Both the position numbers and the translations under genes were made by a program. A DNA stretch of 64,000 nucleotides. It comes from Octopus sinensis (Eukaryota). Each line of letters starts with the position of its first letter. Within the stretch, counting starts at the first letter, position 1. Below, one piece after another: positions 13,491 to 26,740 of this stretch. The notes beneath the pieces are model-generated. The model was not told the DNA's origin. It saw nothing but the letters and a program-made list of their open reading frames with translations, and made no database searches. The DNA lies in NCBI RefSeq assembly GCF_006345805.1, contig NC_043002.1, positions 53,320,001-53,384,000 of the forward strand, given 5' to 3'.

Positions 13491-13533
13491 AATTTGAACA
13501 ATTGCAGAGAAACAAGCTGTCAATATTTACTCG

Positions 13534-13564
<31 letters not shown>

Positions 13565-13652
13565 GCACACACACATACATACGCACATATATAGACACAC
13601 GCGCGCGTGCACCCACACAAGCATACACACATATATGCATATATTTGCATAC

Positions 13653-13691
<39 letters not shown>

Positions 13692-14600
13692 TAAGCATAC
13701 CGATATCATATAAATGTGTATGTACTTGTGTACGTGCGTGCAGGTGTGTGTGCGCGAGTATGTGCGTATTTGTGTGCATACGCATGTGTGTGCGTGTGCT
13801 TATGTGTATATATGTGTGCGTGTGTGTCTGTGTGTGTGTGTGTGTGCGTGCGTGCGTGCACGTACGTGTGATCGAAGGTGAATATGTGGACAACTACATA
13901 AAAGAATTCAAACTTCTTCCAAAGGAGAACAAAAGAGAAAAGGAGAAAGGTGAAATAAGTGCAAAAAAGAAAGAAAAAAGGTGCAAAAATTATATTGAAA
14001 TATATAGCAATAGGGAAACGAACAAAACAATCCGATAATATTTAGTTTTTCAAGGAAATAAATATATAATGCGTGAATCATAAATTTTCATCACGCAAAA
14101 TATTCTTTGTTTTGTTCTAATTATATGTATGATTTTATTATTATCGTAAAAAAAAAAAATCCAAATTAATTACGTGCTTCCCATTTATTTTCATATTTTT
14201 TTCATTTAAAAAAATTTTCGGAGATAAAAATATAATTATTAATAGATAAATTGTAAACGTTCAATTTGGAAATCGTTCAAAATTCTCGCTTTGGACTCGT
14301 GTGGTTTCGAGATCAAACCTACTGCGCGATATACGGTACATTGGGCAAATATATTCTAGTATAGTCCCGCTGGATTGACCAATACCATGTTATCTTTTAT
14401 CTGTTATCTTTTCTTCTTTCAGTCATTTAACTGCGGCCATGCTGGGGCACCACCTTGAAGAGTTTTAACTGAACAAATCGACCCCAAGACTTATTTTCTT
14501 TTGAAGCCTAGTCACAAGGACGTAAACACACCAACACCACTTCTCAAGGTTTTGAGGGGACAAACATAGACTCAAAGACATGCATACACACACATATATA

Positions 14601-14770
14601 CAAGAGGGTAGTGAAAAGTTCCTGGGTTTGGGTAGAAGAAAATACAGGAGGATAAATTAATTATGATTTTATTCAACATATTCCCCTCTCAGATTCACAC
14701 ACTTATTGCAGCGGTCCTTCAATTCCTCTAAGCCCTGCAAAAGAACTCGGAATGCTGGTCTTCCAACGCA
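14601..14770. mobile_element. Mariner-derived fragment
   Basis: TACAAGAGGGTAGTGAAAAGTTCCTGG terminus. The internal sequence matches 38880-39010 and 53920-54135. Confidence 0.55.
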
Positions 14771-15169
14771 AAACTATAGAAAGCAAAAGGTGGAGACTTC
14801 CAGATGATGATTTTTAAGTATAAATATATAGAGATATATATTAATAGATCCAACTTACACAGAGTACAAATGACAGATAATATTAAAGGGGTAAAAGAAA
14901 GCTGTTATAAGTCCAACAGCTATTTCTGGGGGCTGGGATATTCATGAAAATGTTGATAGATGTGGTTCATCGCAATAAGTGGCCGTAATGGATAATGGAT
15001 ACAAACAACATTGGATAAGACGAGCCTCACTCATCAAGGTAGAGAAGATCGTACATTTCAGATTTTAATGTAGAGAAGGACAGTGACAAAATATCCGCTA
15101 AAGATCGTTGTATCGAAGTGCTTGAATAGGAGCGTAAAATTATAGTACGGAATCAACTACAGGTAGGCA

Positions 15170-15204
<35 letters not shown>

Positions 15205-15207
<3 letters not shown>

Positions 15208-15570
15208 TTTTATTCTTTTACTTGTTTCAATCATTAGACTGCGGCCGTGCTGGAGCACCGCCTTTAGTCGAACGAATCGAACCCTGGACTTGGTCTTTCT
15301 AAGCCTAGTACTTATGCTATCGGTATTCTATCGTAAACGCACCAACATCAGTTGTCAAGCGATGGAGGGAGGACAAAAACAGACACAAAAACATATACAT
15401 GCATATATATTTAAATACGACGGGCTTCTTTCAGTTTCCGTCTACCAGATCCACTCACAAGGCTTTGGTCGGCCCGAGGTTATAGGAGAAGACACTTGCC
15501 CAACTTGCCACGCAGTGGAGATGAACCCGGAACCATGTGGCTGGTAAGCAATCTACTTACTACAAGCCAC
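15205..15570 (-). mobile_element. OR-like SINE
   Basis: Colinear with 41998-42415. Confidence 0.85.
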
Positions 15571-15587
15571 TCCTGCGCCATACGTTT

Positions 15588-15644
<57 letters not shown>

Positions 15645-16488
15645 CACATACACACACAAACACACACACATGCACATTTCTTGGCACTATGTTTATTGAT
15701 CAACTGTATTTTACTCACAGTCACAGAAGAGTGTCTAATCTTTCTGTTTACGAAATTTATGTGTACATCGTTGTGTGCGCGTGTGTGTGTGTGTGTATGT
15801 GTGTGAGTGTGCGCGTGTGTGTGTACGTGTGAAGATAGATTGACAAACAGATAGAATTGGATGTGTGTATTTGCGAGATTGTAGCAAAAAAATCACTCGG
15901 GGCGTGATAGGAAAGAAATGCATGAAAGGAAACAGTAGTAAAAATATATGGTATGACTGGAGGTGTATAAGAAAAGAAATAATGGAAAACAATTGACAAC
16001 GCGAGAAGACAATTTGAGAGAAATATATTAAGATCTGTAATGTAAGATCATCTCTACCTTGATGACCGAGGCTCGTCTTATCCAATATTGATGGTATCCA
16101 TTACGGCCACATATTGTAATGAATCACACCTACTAATATTATGGATATCCAAGCCCCCAGAAACAGCTGTTAGACTTACAATCTGAATCTTTACAAATGA
16201 GCTAACCACTCTCAATGTATATTTCCGACTATAGTTGAAGTGGTTGATTTACATTTAGAAGTGAGACATTTGATATGGCCAACATTAAGTTTCTTTAATT
16301 TCCGTTAAAATACCCTTTCCAATATGCTTTGGACTGAAAGATAATGATAGACGTAGGCGTGGCTGTGTGGTAAGAAACTTGCTTGCCAACAACATGGTTC
16401 CAGGTTCAGTCCCACTGTGTGACATCTTGGGCAAGTGTCTTCTACTATAGCCTTGTGATTTGGTGGACGAAAACTGAAAGAAACGTGC

Positions 16489-16580
<92 letters not shown>

Positions 16581-16742
16581 GCGGTAGGGAGGTTGCCTTC
16601 TTTGTCGCTCATTAAGGTAGTGCTTTCCGTAGTTACTGTGTTGTATTGATTCTTATTTCTAGCAATACTGGCACCGATTAGTGCCCTTTGTCACTTTAGC
16701 GACGCATATATTTCTGCCTTTAGAATTGCGAATTAGCCACCC

Positions 16743-16799
<57 letters not shown>

Positions 16800-17052
16800 G
16801 TTTACGTCCCCGCAACTTAGCGGTTCGGCAAAAGAGACCGATAGAATAAGTAGTGGGCTTTAAAAAAATAAGTCGTAGGCTGGATTTTTTCTACTAAATC
16901 CCCTTCAAAGTAGTGCCTCAGCATGGCGGTGGTCAAATGACTATAAGAAGTAAAAAAGAAAAGATAGAACGTATAGGTCAACATCAATTTTCTGAACATT
17001 TAATTTCAAAGCCTTTCCTGACTACTGATTTTTCCGGACCAGGTGTGCTTAC

Positions 17053-17152
17053 CGTGGTCAAACTACTCTAAATTAAAACAAATGATAAATCTACTTAATC
17101 CAACGAAGTCCTGGTAATCTACATTGATGTATTCGATACAAGTTTCTTAAGT
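17053..17152 (-). other. Candidate exon
   Basis: ttgcatactacag| ... CCACG|gtaagc. Spliced to the 17339-17402 exon it reads DLRNLYRIHQCRLPGLRWIK*. Confidence 0.3.
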
Positions 17153-17338
17153 CTGTAGTATGCAAGGTAAAGTGAAAAGAACTAGTAAGCTAATCAGGCG
17201 ATCGCGGCAATTTGAAGTTCTTGCTCGTAAATTAATGGGAAAATTAGAAGTTCTGTACCATCATTCCCCGTAAACGCGGTGTTGTACCTGTATTCCCATC
17301 CCTGAAGGTGTCATTTGAATAGTTTGTAGACTTCTTAC

Positions 17339-17402
17339 CCGAGTACATTGCTGAATAGGTCCTAAACGAATCCAACACACGTCTAGAGTTGTAAACGTAA
17401 CA
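17339..17402 (-). other. Candidate exon
   Basis: cactttcattttcag| ... TCGG|gtaaga. Frame CYVYNSRRVLDSFRTYSAMYS. No homology recognised. Confidence 0.35.
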
Positions 17403-17956
17403 CTGAAAATGAAAGTGACTCTACACTAGACTTAGCCCTTTGACCCTTCTGAGGCACCTCCTTGAAGTGTGTAGCCGAACAATTCGAAGCCAGTACTTAT
17501 TTTTCAAGCCTGGTATTTTTCTATCCATCCGAACCGCTAAGTTACGGGGAAGTAAACAAACCAACATCGGTTGTCACGTGATTTATGTTCTTTTACTGTA
17601 TTTAATTTACTGTTCATTCTGACCAGCCACCTGGGTAGAGAGAAATTCATCATCCTTTAAAATCTTAAGAAGGTTTTGTAGATTTTTATAGTCCCAGATA
17701 TGACAAACATTTGAGGTGCATGAATTAAGGAGTTGCCTCCTCTCCCCATGAAAACGTTTCCCGGTGCTCCTATAATAATAGGCATGGAGGGGGGAAGTGT
17801 ATCTTCGGTACTGGATTTCCAAACTCCTTGCGAATGGTCCATAGATGTCCCTTTTCTCTTGTACTATTCTATGCATGTACGTATGAATGCATGCACGTGT
17901 GTGTAAGAGTTTGTGTGTGCGTTGCGTGTATGTATGTATATACATATGTATGTATG

Positions 17957-18024
<68 letters not shown>

Positions 18025-19324
18025 CATATATGTATACATACATGTATACATACATATATACATACATACACTCTACTCAAATATTGCGTAATTTTTCCAC
18101 GTCATTTTAATTCCATAGCATAGGCAGATACACACAAATATGCACACATACACACTCACACACTCAAAAAGGCAGCATGCACGCACACACACACACGCAC
18201 AGAAGCTTTCTTTCACTACATCTTTTGTTAGTCTTTATGGCAATCACTCATTATTATGTTGTCAAAAGGAGCATTTAAATAAGAACGAAACCTGCATCGC
18301 GAGAGAACATGCTCTACCTTGCCTTTCGCTAATGAGGAAACACACATACACTCACTAAATCCCTCTCTCTCCCTCTATCTATCTATCTCTATCTCTTTCA
18401 CAAGCACCTGCCAGACACTCACACAGACCTTTCAAGAGACCTAGATCCGATTTAGTAATATCAATTTTGATTTGACAGGAATTACGTGCTTAATTTTCCT
18501 TGATGACTTCCTCATCAAATGTCTTTATAAATTGAAGACTACAGTATTTTTTTATAATTGTTAATTCTTTTGTCTTTGTACTTGTTTCTACTTATTCGAT
18601 CTTGACTGCGGTCCACTAAGGTAATGTCATCGTGTTAAAAAAAAAAGAAAGCGAATAAATATTTATCTAAGAAATTAGTAGGACTTAATCCAATTTCCAA
18701 ATATTTCAAATGTCAAATAAAATACTTAGCCCACAGACGAACTTGAAAAGGTGCCTTCTTTAGTTTCTGTAGTCTGTTCGAAAAAAAACAAAAAAACAAA
18801 AAACAAACAAACAAACATAAAACGTCATAATAATCCCCTTTTAAATAGTTTGCTTAAATACTTCAGAGAAAGCAACTACAACAAATGTCGCTCTCATAAG
18901 ATTGTGCTAACAGGCTATATTAAAGATAGCACATATTGCAAGCAATTCTTCTTTGAAGCAATCATATATATTCATCCAAACTATAACTTCACACCGGACT
19001 GAACCAGGCAAAGCATGGTGCTCTTGTGCAAGGCATTGCATTCACGTTTCTCCAGTATACTCAGCTAAAATGAAAACCAGCCAAATACTGGTTCAAGCGA
19101 GCCCCCCTCTCTTTCTCTCCTCCGTGCAGCCTTTTATACTCTCAATGATCCTGTGAGTTAAGACCAGGAAACCTGAAAGAGTGTCTACATCTACTTACGA
19201 CTACAAAGGTGCCTAAAGCAATTAACGAAAGTATGATGCATCCTACCGTAGGATACTCACTTTTGTGCGAAGGCTCTGTCTGCCAATCCCTGTTTGTCTT
19301 CATGCATACATAATACATACATGC

Positions 19325-19596
19325 ATACCAATAGTAACTGAAGCACTTGGTTTTGTAAGTAAATGCCTAACTGTCAGTCTGGACAAGCTTGGATTTTCAG
19401 AAAAAGAAATCAACCAACTGATTCGCACATTACAAATACAATCTGTAAACGGAACAGTAAAACTATGCACGACTTTTCTCAGATTTAAAATGTGACACTG
19501 TTTTCGTTGTATATATTCCAAAGATGGGGCTTTGTATCTTTGTTAGAAACTAGCTCCTTCAGAGGAAGAATACATATGATTAAAACAGAAGAAACA
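19325..19596 (+). mobile_element. 3' end of an R4/Dong-like LINE
   Basis: IPIVTEALGFVSKCL..LDKLGFSEKEINQLIRTLQIQSVNGTVKLCTTFLRFKM* resembles the C-terminus of RLE-type LINEs. It is flanked by (CATA)n-like sequence. Confidence 0.7.
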
Positions 19597-20005
19597 CATA
19601 CATACATACATACATACATACATACATGCATGCATACATACATACATAATACATGCATGCATGCATGCATGCATGCATACATACATACATAATACATACA
19701 TACATGCATGCATGCATGCATGCATACATACAACATACATACATACATACATACATACATGCATGCATGCATGCTGCATGCATGCATGCATGCATGCATG
19801 CATACATGCATGCATACATACATACATACATACATACATACATGCATGCATGCATGCATGCATGCATGCATGCATGCTGCATGCATGCATGCATGCATGC
19901 ATACATACATACATACATACATACATACATACATACATACATACATACATACATACATACATGCATGCATGCATACATACATACATACATACATACATAC
20001 ATACA
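19597..20005. repeat. Compound (ATAC)n/(ATGC)n microsatellite
   Basis: Direct reading. Confidence 0.95.
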
Positions 20006-21630
20006 TGTATACATATACATACACACAAAAATACCCTGTCGATGTTGAAATTCCAATGAAAGAGCTTTGGATCTAGGTTAGGAACCAGCTCTTTCTCTAT
20101 GGGTAAAAATTTTTGAAATGAAACTGAATAATGACATACATCTATATTGAACGAGCGCATATAAATATAATAAATGCGAAAACTAATTTCTGTGTGTCAG
20201 TGTGTCACACTTCGCCCCCTATCTCACTATTCATTGACACTTTTACTATTGCTCATGCTGGGGTGAGAGTAATAGTAGGTACAGAGATGGTGAGGGTGGT
20301 GGCGAAGACAGTCAAAGAAAGAAAGAGAGAAAGAAAAAGAGAGGGAGAGAAAGAGAGACAAAGAAATTTAGGGAGTGTTGATGTTGTTTTTATAAAAAAT
20401 AGTAGTGTTGATGGTTGTAGTGGGAGTAATAATAAAGAGAGAGAAAGAGTGAGTATGTGAGAGAAATAGGGACTGAACACTGAACCACCATACTGAACGA
20501 TGATAATGGGGTGAGAGTATTAGTATGAGATGTAGTTGAGATAGAGGCGGAGGCATTGGTGATGATGGTGGTGGTAGCCGAGGAGGTCAGGGATGACGGT
20601 GTGAGTAAGTGATGTGAAAGACAGTGGTGATGATGGTGGAGGGGAAGGCGGCGAAGTCAAAGGTATTGAAAGTGGTGGTGTCAGAAGTCTGAATGGTGTT
20701 TCTATGGCAGATATTGTAGTGCTACTGTTGTTTATCGTGCAGCTTTGCAATGAGTCCAAGTCGATAAATTATATCATTGTTCTGATGAAAATTGTTCATC
20801 GCTTGCAAAAATATTGTTTAAGTTTAATAAAATTTAATATGTACTCAATGCATGAAATGTCATTCTTGGGCTCAATGCCTAATGAAGGGCCCTCCACAGG
20901 AGCTAGCTTAAAAGCTTATTGGACGGCTTTTAAGCTAGTAAATATATATATACATTGTACAAGCATCATAGTAGTCGTCGTCATGGCTGATAAAGTATGT
21001 AAGTAAGTATCTCGATATACTTCGTGCAGGCAATATCGTCTACCAGTAATAATTCAGTCTACCTAACTATCTGTTGGCCTGTCTGTCAGTCTTTCTTTCT
21101 CCCTCTCCATCTTTAACTCTTATACTTTCTCATTTCTCTACAGCCTAAACACTTTTCTTTCACTCCCTTCTCTCTTTCTAACTTTCTTACTTTCTAACTC
21201 ATATATTCTTTTATTACTATCTTATTTTTACATTTCCTTGTCTCTGACATAACCGTCTTCCTACACATTCCTTATCTTCATTTCTGTTACCTACATATGC
21301 AAAAACTCATATATTTTCTCTCTCTGATATATTGCTTTACTTTCTAGAATTAGAGAATGATTTATGGCTTGCGAGAGAAAAAAGACGTGAGAAAAAGAGG
21401 GAGAGAGAGAAACAGTGAGAGAGAGAGGAAAGAAAGAGGTGTTTGGTGTGAAAGGTGTTATGTAGTGAGATGTACATAGGGAAGGAGAGCTTGTGTGCTG
21501 TGTTCGGTGATTCAACAGAGTGCTAGTTTGTGTAGTGTGAGTTAACTAAACGTTTTGTTTCTCAAAAGAGGTCATGCACAAACAACTAATTATTTCAAGG
21601 AAAAACATTTAAACACACACACACGCGTAA

Positions 21631-21679
<49 letters not shown>

Positions 21680-22110
21680 GGCATGGTTGGGAGAAGAAGT
21701 TTGCTCTTCAGCCACATGGTTCTGGGTTTAGTCCCACTGCATGGCACCTTTGATATGTACCTGCTGCTATATATCTTGTGAGAAGACTTGGTAGACGGAA
21801 ACTCAAAGAAGTACGTCGCATGTTTATATATATATACACGCGCACACACATACATATACACACATCTATATATATATGTGTGTGGGGTTGCATGAGTGTG
21901 TGCCTTCGTATTTGCTTTTGTCCCCCACTACTGCTTGGCAACCAGCGTTGGTTTGTTTATGTCCTTGTGACTTAGAGGTTCGGCAAAAGAAACTGATAGA
22001 ATAGGTGCTGAGCTTAAAAAAAGTTGCGCGGAAAATTGTTTTCGACTACACCCTTCAAGGCGATGTCTCAGTATGGTATCAGTCCAATGACTGAACAAAG
22101 GAAAAGACAA
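21680..22110 (+). mobile_element. OR-like SINE
   Basis: Family head, centre and tail. Confidence 0.8.
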
Positions 22111-22112
22111 AA

Positions 22113-22177
<65 letters not shown>

Positions 22178-22329
22178 CATACATACATACATACATATAT
22201 ATATATACACACACATACATACACATATATATAAACCTATACACACATACGCATACATACATATATACACGTATGTATTTATGTATTATCTCTTAAATCT
22301 GTAGAACCCCTTTACGAAGACAAGTACTT

Positions 22330-24730
22330 GTAGCTGTCTATGGATAAGCACGAGTGTGAATTTGAGGCATACGAAGTATCTTATGAAATCAATGATGGAG
22401 AAAATGGGCGTGTTTATAAGCCGCTTGCTGTTGAATTTTAATCTCTTCGAAAAATGGCAAGCTTAGACATGATAAAGAGATTAAATTTGGCCTCAGAACA
22501 CTTAACGTCCACCTTTACACTAAAGTTTTGCCAAAATTTGATGAGAATATTTTAATCAACCTATAAAGAATCAAATTCCATAAGGAATTAGTTGAATTCG
22601 ATGTTTCTATGCGAATCAGGTTAGCTGAAAGTTGCCTCGGCCTCTCACATATAACAAGGGATGTGTATAGAATACACGCTAGCACATATAAAAGGCTTTT
22701 ATTAAATAATATAAGAAACATTTATGAAAAGAATCTCGAAACGAAACTTATAGGTTTATTAATCAAAAAGCCAAAGATAGTTCGTTTGTTGGTAAAGTGC
22801 AATGCCTGATACTCCAGTTCCCTTTTATAACAATTAAAGATTGTTATAAGAATTTTATAACAATTAAAGATCATAAAATAAACTTCGAGAGTAACGCTAA
22901 CCGTAGATTAATTAGTCTAGGAAAGCCAGTGTTTGATATAATTAGCAAAGAAATATTAGAAAAAGTGGATCTTTTCGGTTTGAACGGCTGTTTTTAACAT
23001 AATTTCTAGGTAACTAAAAAAATTTAAACTTCGTATATTGGTAGAATGTGTTTATAAAACATCTTTTTCTCTTGGTTTTATTGCGAAAATTCTATAGTTT
23101 GTAAGATATTTGTTGTTTTTTTTTCTTCAATTTCTGCAATTTCAACCAATCAATTACGTCCATTGAGGTAAAATCATTTTGTGCCGTATGAATATGTCCC
23201 TCGTTTCAGAAGCTGATTAGGTTTATTTACATTTCTGAAGAAAAAAAGATACCCTTCCCCCCACCCCTAACCCTAACTAACCCTAACTCTAAAACAGATT
23301 GAAATGCAATAGATCGATACTAGGGTCATAATTATGGGTGACAATTTCATATGACACCGCTAGAAAAACTGCCGTTCAAACCGAAAAGATCCGAAAAAGT
23401 CACTATCTGAGTAAAAGTTGTTTGTTCATTACAGTTTAGAAGTACTGTAATGTTTTCGAAGGATAAAAACGAAGAAAAACTGTAGATTCACACAGTTTGA
23501 CATATCAGACTTTTATAGTTTAATAACCACACTTTTGTTAGTGAAAGTCCTTGATTTTGCGAAAACAATCAGATACTAGTGAGCCGGAGAGGGATGCGAT
23601 TATTAATAGAAATAAATCTCAGACACTTTGGGTGACGATTCATTGGTTAGAATTATTCGGTGTGTCTGTGGTAGCAGATAATGGTGCTCAAGAGAGAGAA
23701 AATATAGGACTATATACTCTAGATTTATTGAGAAAGAAATTTCCTGAAATAGATTGTGTTTATATTGGTATGTTGGCTTGATCCATTGAGTAATCGTAAC
23801 GATCATAAGTTAGATACACGTAAAAAGAATCTGATTAATGTATTCAGAAAATAGAAATTAGTGTTACAGTTGATGCTAACCTTATTGCCAATGATTTGCT
23901 AAATACGACCTTGACGCTGTATAGTAATAGCTTCAGATTATATCACGCACCGAATGAAGAATTAGTGTATATGCACAGGCAATCAAACAACTCGCCCATT
24001 ATCTCGAGGAACTTGATCGACAACGTTCGTAAACGTATATCGTCTTTATCTCTCGATGAAGATGCTTTTATGTAAGTAGCTGTGTATTGTAATGAAGCAC
24101 TCAGAAATAGTGGGTTCTGCCAAAAGATAAGATACACAGAAGCACTGAAAGCACAGAACAATGGGAAAGAAATAAGGAAAAGGAATAGTTTATGGTATAA
24201 CCCAATATTTAATTTAGCGGTGAGAACTAATATAGTCAGGGAATTCCTTAATTTGATAGATTAATATTTTTCGTTCGAGCATAACTGTAATAAGATATTA
24301 AAAAGGAGCTGTGAAAAGGTTAGTTGTTCAGTTAGTAATAATTTCGGTTCAATGAAACGGATAAGTAAACAGCTGTCCAATATCAATCATGGAATATCAG
24401 AATTCATAAGAATTGCCCACTAGATGGTAAATATTTGGCAAATCCAAAAACACACAGAGCAAAGAAACAAACAACAGAGTCGAACTTAAAATATAAATTT
24501 AAGCAATAAAATTGACATTCAAAAAACGATTTTATAAGTAAAAACATTCATTTGTCAGCCCTGGAGAAAATGTGCTACGGTTTTGTCAAAAATTTTCAAG
24601 TGAGGTTAGTTCATAGCGTTAAATAATAAAGCAACAGTAGCTTCCAATAAAATATGTGATGTGACCTCTGCCTCAAGAAAAAAAAAATGAAAAAATTTTG
24701 TCTCACATAAGCAACATTATGAACAACACC
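22330..24730 (+). mobile_element. Decayed Penelope-like retroelement (RT plus GIY-YIG region)
   Basis: Broken motifs FITIKDHKINF, FTQFDISDFY, IGLYTLDLLRKKF, YMHRQSNNSPII..NVRKRISSLS, EALRNSGF, RKRNSLWYNPIF..VRTNIVREFLNLID and FKKRFYK. Many stops and frameshifts. Confidence 0.85.
22967..23392. mobile_element. Non-autonomous DNA transposon (MITE), about 28-bp TIRs, 8-bp TSD
   Basis: TIR GGATCTTTTCGGTTTGAACGGC(T/A)GTTTT at both ends. GAAAAAGT is duplicated at 22959-22966 and 23393-23400. Confidence 0.9.
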
Positions 24731-25166
24731 TTGTGTGTATGGAATTGGCTTTTGTGCATGTGATTGACTCCTTTGTCTTTGACTTGGATCAGAGAAATAG
24801 ACTTCGTTTCAAGGCTTTTTTAAACATATCGTTTAAACAGTTCCATAAGCGGGCGGTTCGTAATCTCTCTTGTATAAGGTTTTAAACTTATACACTAAAG
24901 TAAGAAAACGCACTAATTTAAGAAAACCGTTTGAGACGTTTTTACGCATAGCCATGAGATCTTTATATATGAAAAAAATAACCGTTTTCTTTTCAATTAT
25001 CTTTCGATTATTTTTGCATAAAGTTTCACAATATAATCAAACACTAGATAACTGAAGGGAAAGCAGGTTCGGATTCACAAAACTCCTCATGCTAGTAATT
25101 TAGAGACTTTCAATTACAGTATATTAAAGAACTCTGAAATTTATCGTGTCTAGCGAATTAACTGAA

Positions 25167-25218
<52 letters not shown>

Positions 25219-26489
25219 ACACACACACACACACAATGATGATATTCCGTAATAATGATATTGACAGAGTATAAACAAAAATATCTTTGGAACGAAAATT
25301 TCTCCATAATAAGATTGCCAATATATAAATAATAGAAAAAACACCTTGTTCTTTGAGCACGCTCAAGTCAGCAAGGGATCAAAATTTATCTACCAATTTA
25401 TCAAACATTAGTCTGTATGAAAGTAATCCCACCGTTTTAAAATAAGAGAGGTGTTTTTTCAAATTTGATAATCAAGAACGATGGTGTTTCGATCGCCATC
25501 GTGCCATCAGTTCTGAAATTTAAATTCCGACTCCAAGAAAGACAATAAAAACAAAATGAATGTGAGAAATAATTACAAATCAAAAGTAGACGAAATATAA
25601 TTGCTAAAGAATTACTTCAATGTTAGCCTATTTAAATATTTGTAGTTCATCTGACATTATCCGAGTACTGGGAATTCTGTATTAGCGATTTAAATGTGAA
25701 TTTTTCCCGTTGTTGAAAGTTACACACGTGGTATAAACAGGTGTCGTTTTTTTTTCTTTTTTTCTTTCTCTTGCTTATTTCTTTCTTACTCTACTTTGAT
25801 GAAGTGTTTATCCGAACTGTCAATTTACTTTTCTTTATCCTTTCTTCGCCGTACAATTTACTATGCACAACATTTTACTTTGAATGTTCTTGTGCACTTA
25901 CATTTAGTCCTCTACCTTTTTATTTTTTTTATCTACTTGTTGTAACCTCTCACGTTGTCCAACTGCCAGCCTCTTACTCTCCTCGTTCCATTTCTCCTAT
26001 TTTACCTACACTGAAAATATTTTTATACTGCATTCACAATTTTATTTTGTCATAATGTTCTGTGCGATCCTTCGTCTGATGACACCAGTATCCATTGTGA
26101 TTGTCAATAATTTGTATTTATTATTTTGTATTGCAGTAATAGAAGTCGCTGGGTTGTCAGAATCATTAAAATATTGGACAAAATGCTTTTCTATATGTAT
26201 TGCAGGTTTTTAAGTTCAGATTTTAATTTTCGCCGGGGTCAACTGAACAATTTACCTGGGGGGGGGGGGGGGTCAATAAAATGAAGCATTAATCAAATAT
26301 GTGCGTCAACTCACCCCTTCAAATCGAAAATTCTGGCCTTGCACGTAAATTATATTTCGTGCACTCGTCTGACACAGCCCCATGTTAACATAGCACGTCA
26401 CTCCCAGTGAAGGCAACACTAATCTAACCGTTATCGCGTCTGTACCACCAGCAACAATTTTAAGTTTAGTACTTAATCTGTCGATCTCT

Positions 26490-26740
26490 TTTCCCAAAGT
26501 GGTAAGTTACGAGGATGTAAACCAACCGACACCAGTCGTCAAGCTGTGAGGGACAAACATAAAAACGCAGGTGTATGCATATATGATGGGCTTCTACACA
26601 CTTTCCGTATATGTAAAAGGTCTTCATCGGCCTAGAGTTACCGTAGAAGACATTTGCCCAAGGTGCTAGTCAATGGAAATGAACCCAGGACCGCATAGTT
26701 ATCACGTGAACTTCTTAACTCCATAGCCATGCTTGCGTAT
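26490..26740 (-). mobile_element. OR-like SINE, decayed
   Basis: Family motifs in reverse orientation. Confidence 0.6.

Noticed and set aside
13317-13497. Plus-strand two-exon reading GPVKGHLSLHTIK/TQKMMNNL...STSI*
   Set aside because: Splice signals are plausible, but there is no homology and no supporting exons. The minus-strand ribozyme fold explains the sequence better. Not fully excluded.
19485-20160. Overlapping MHAC/MYVC ORFs, and all HT/YI/CV ORFs in the window
   Set aside because: Translations of di- and tetranucleotide microsatellites.
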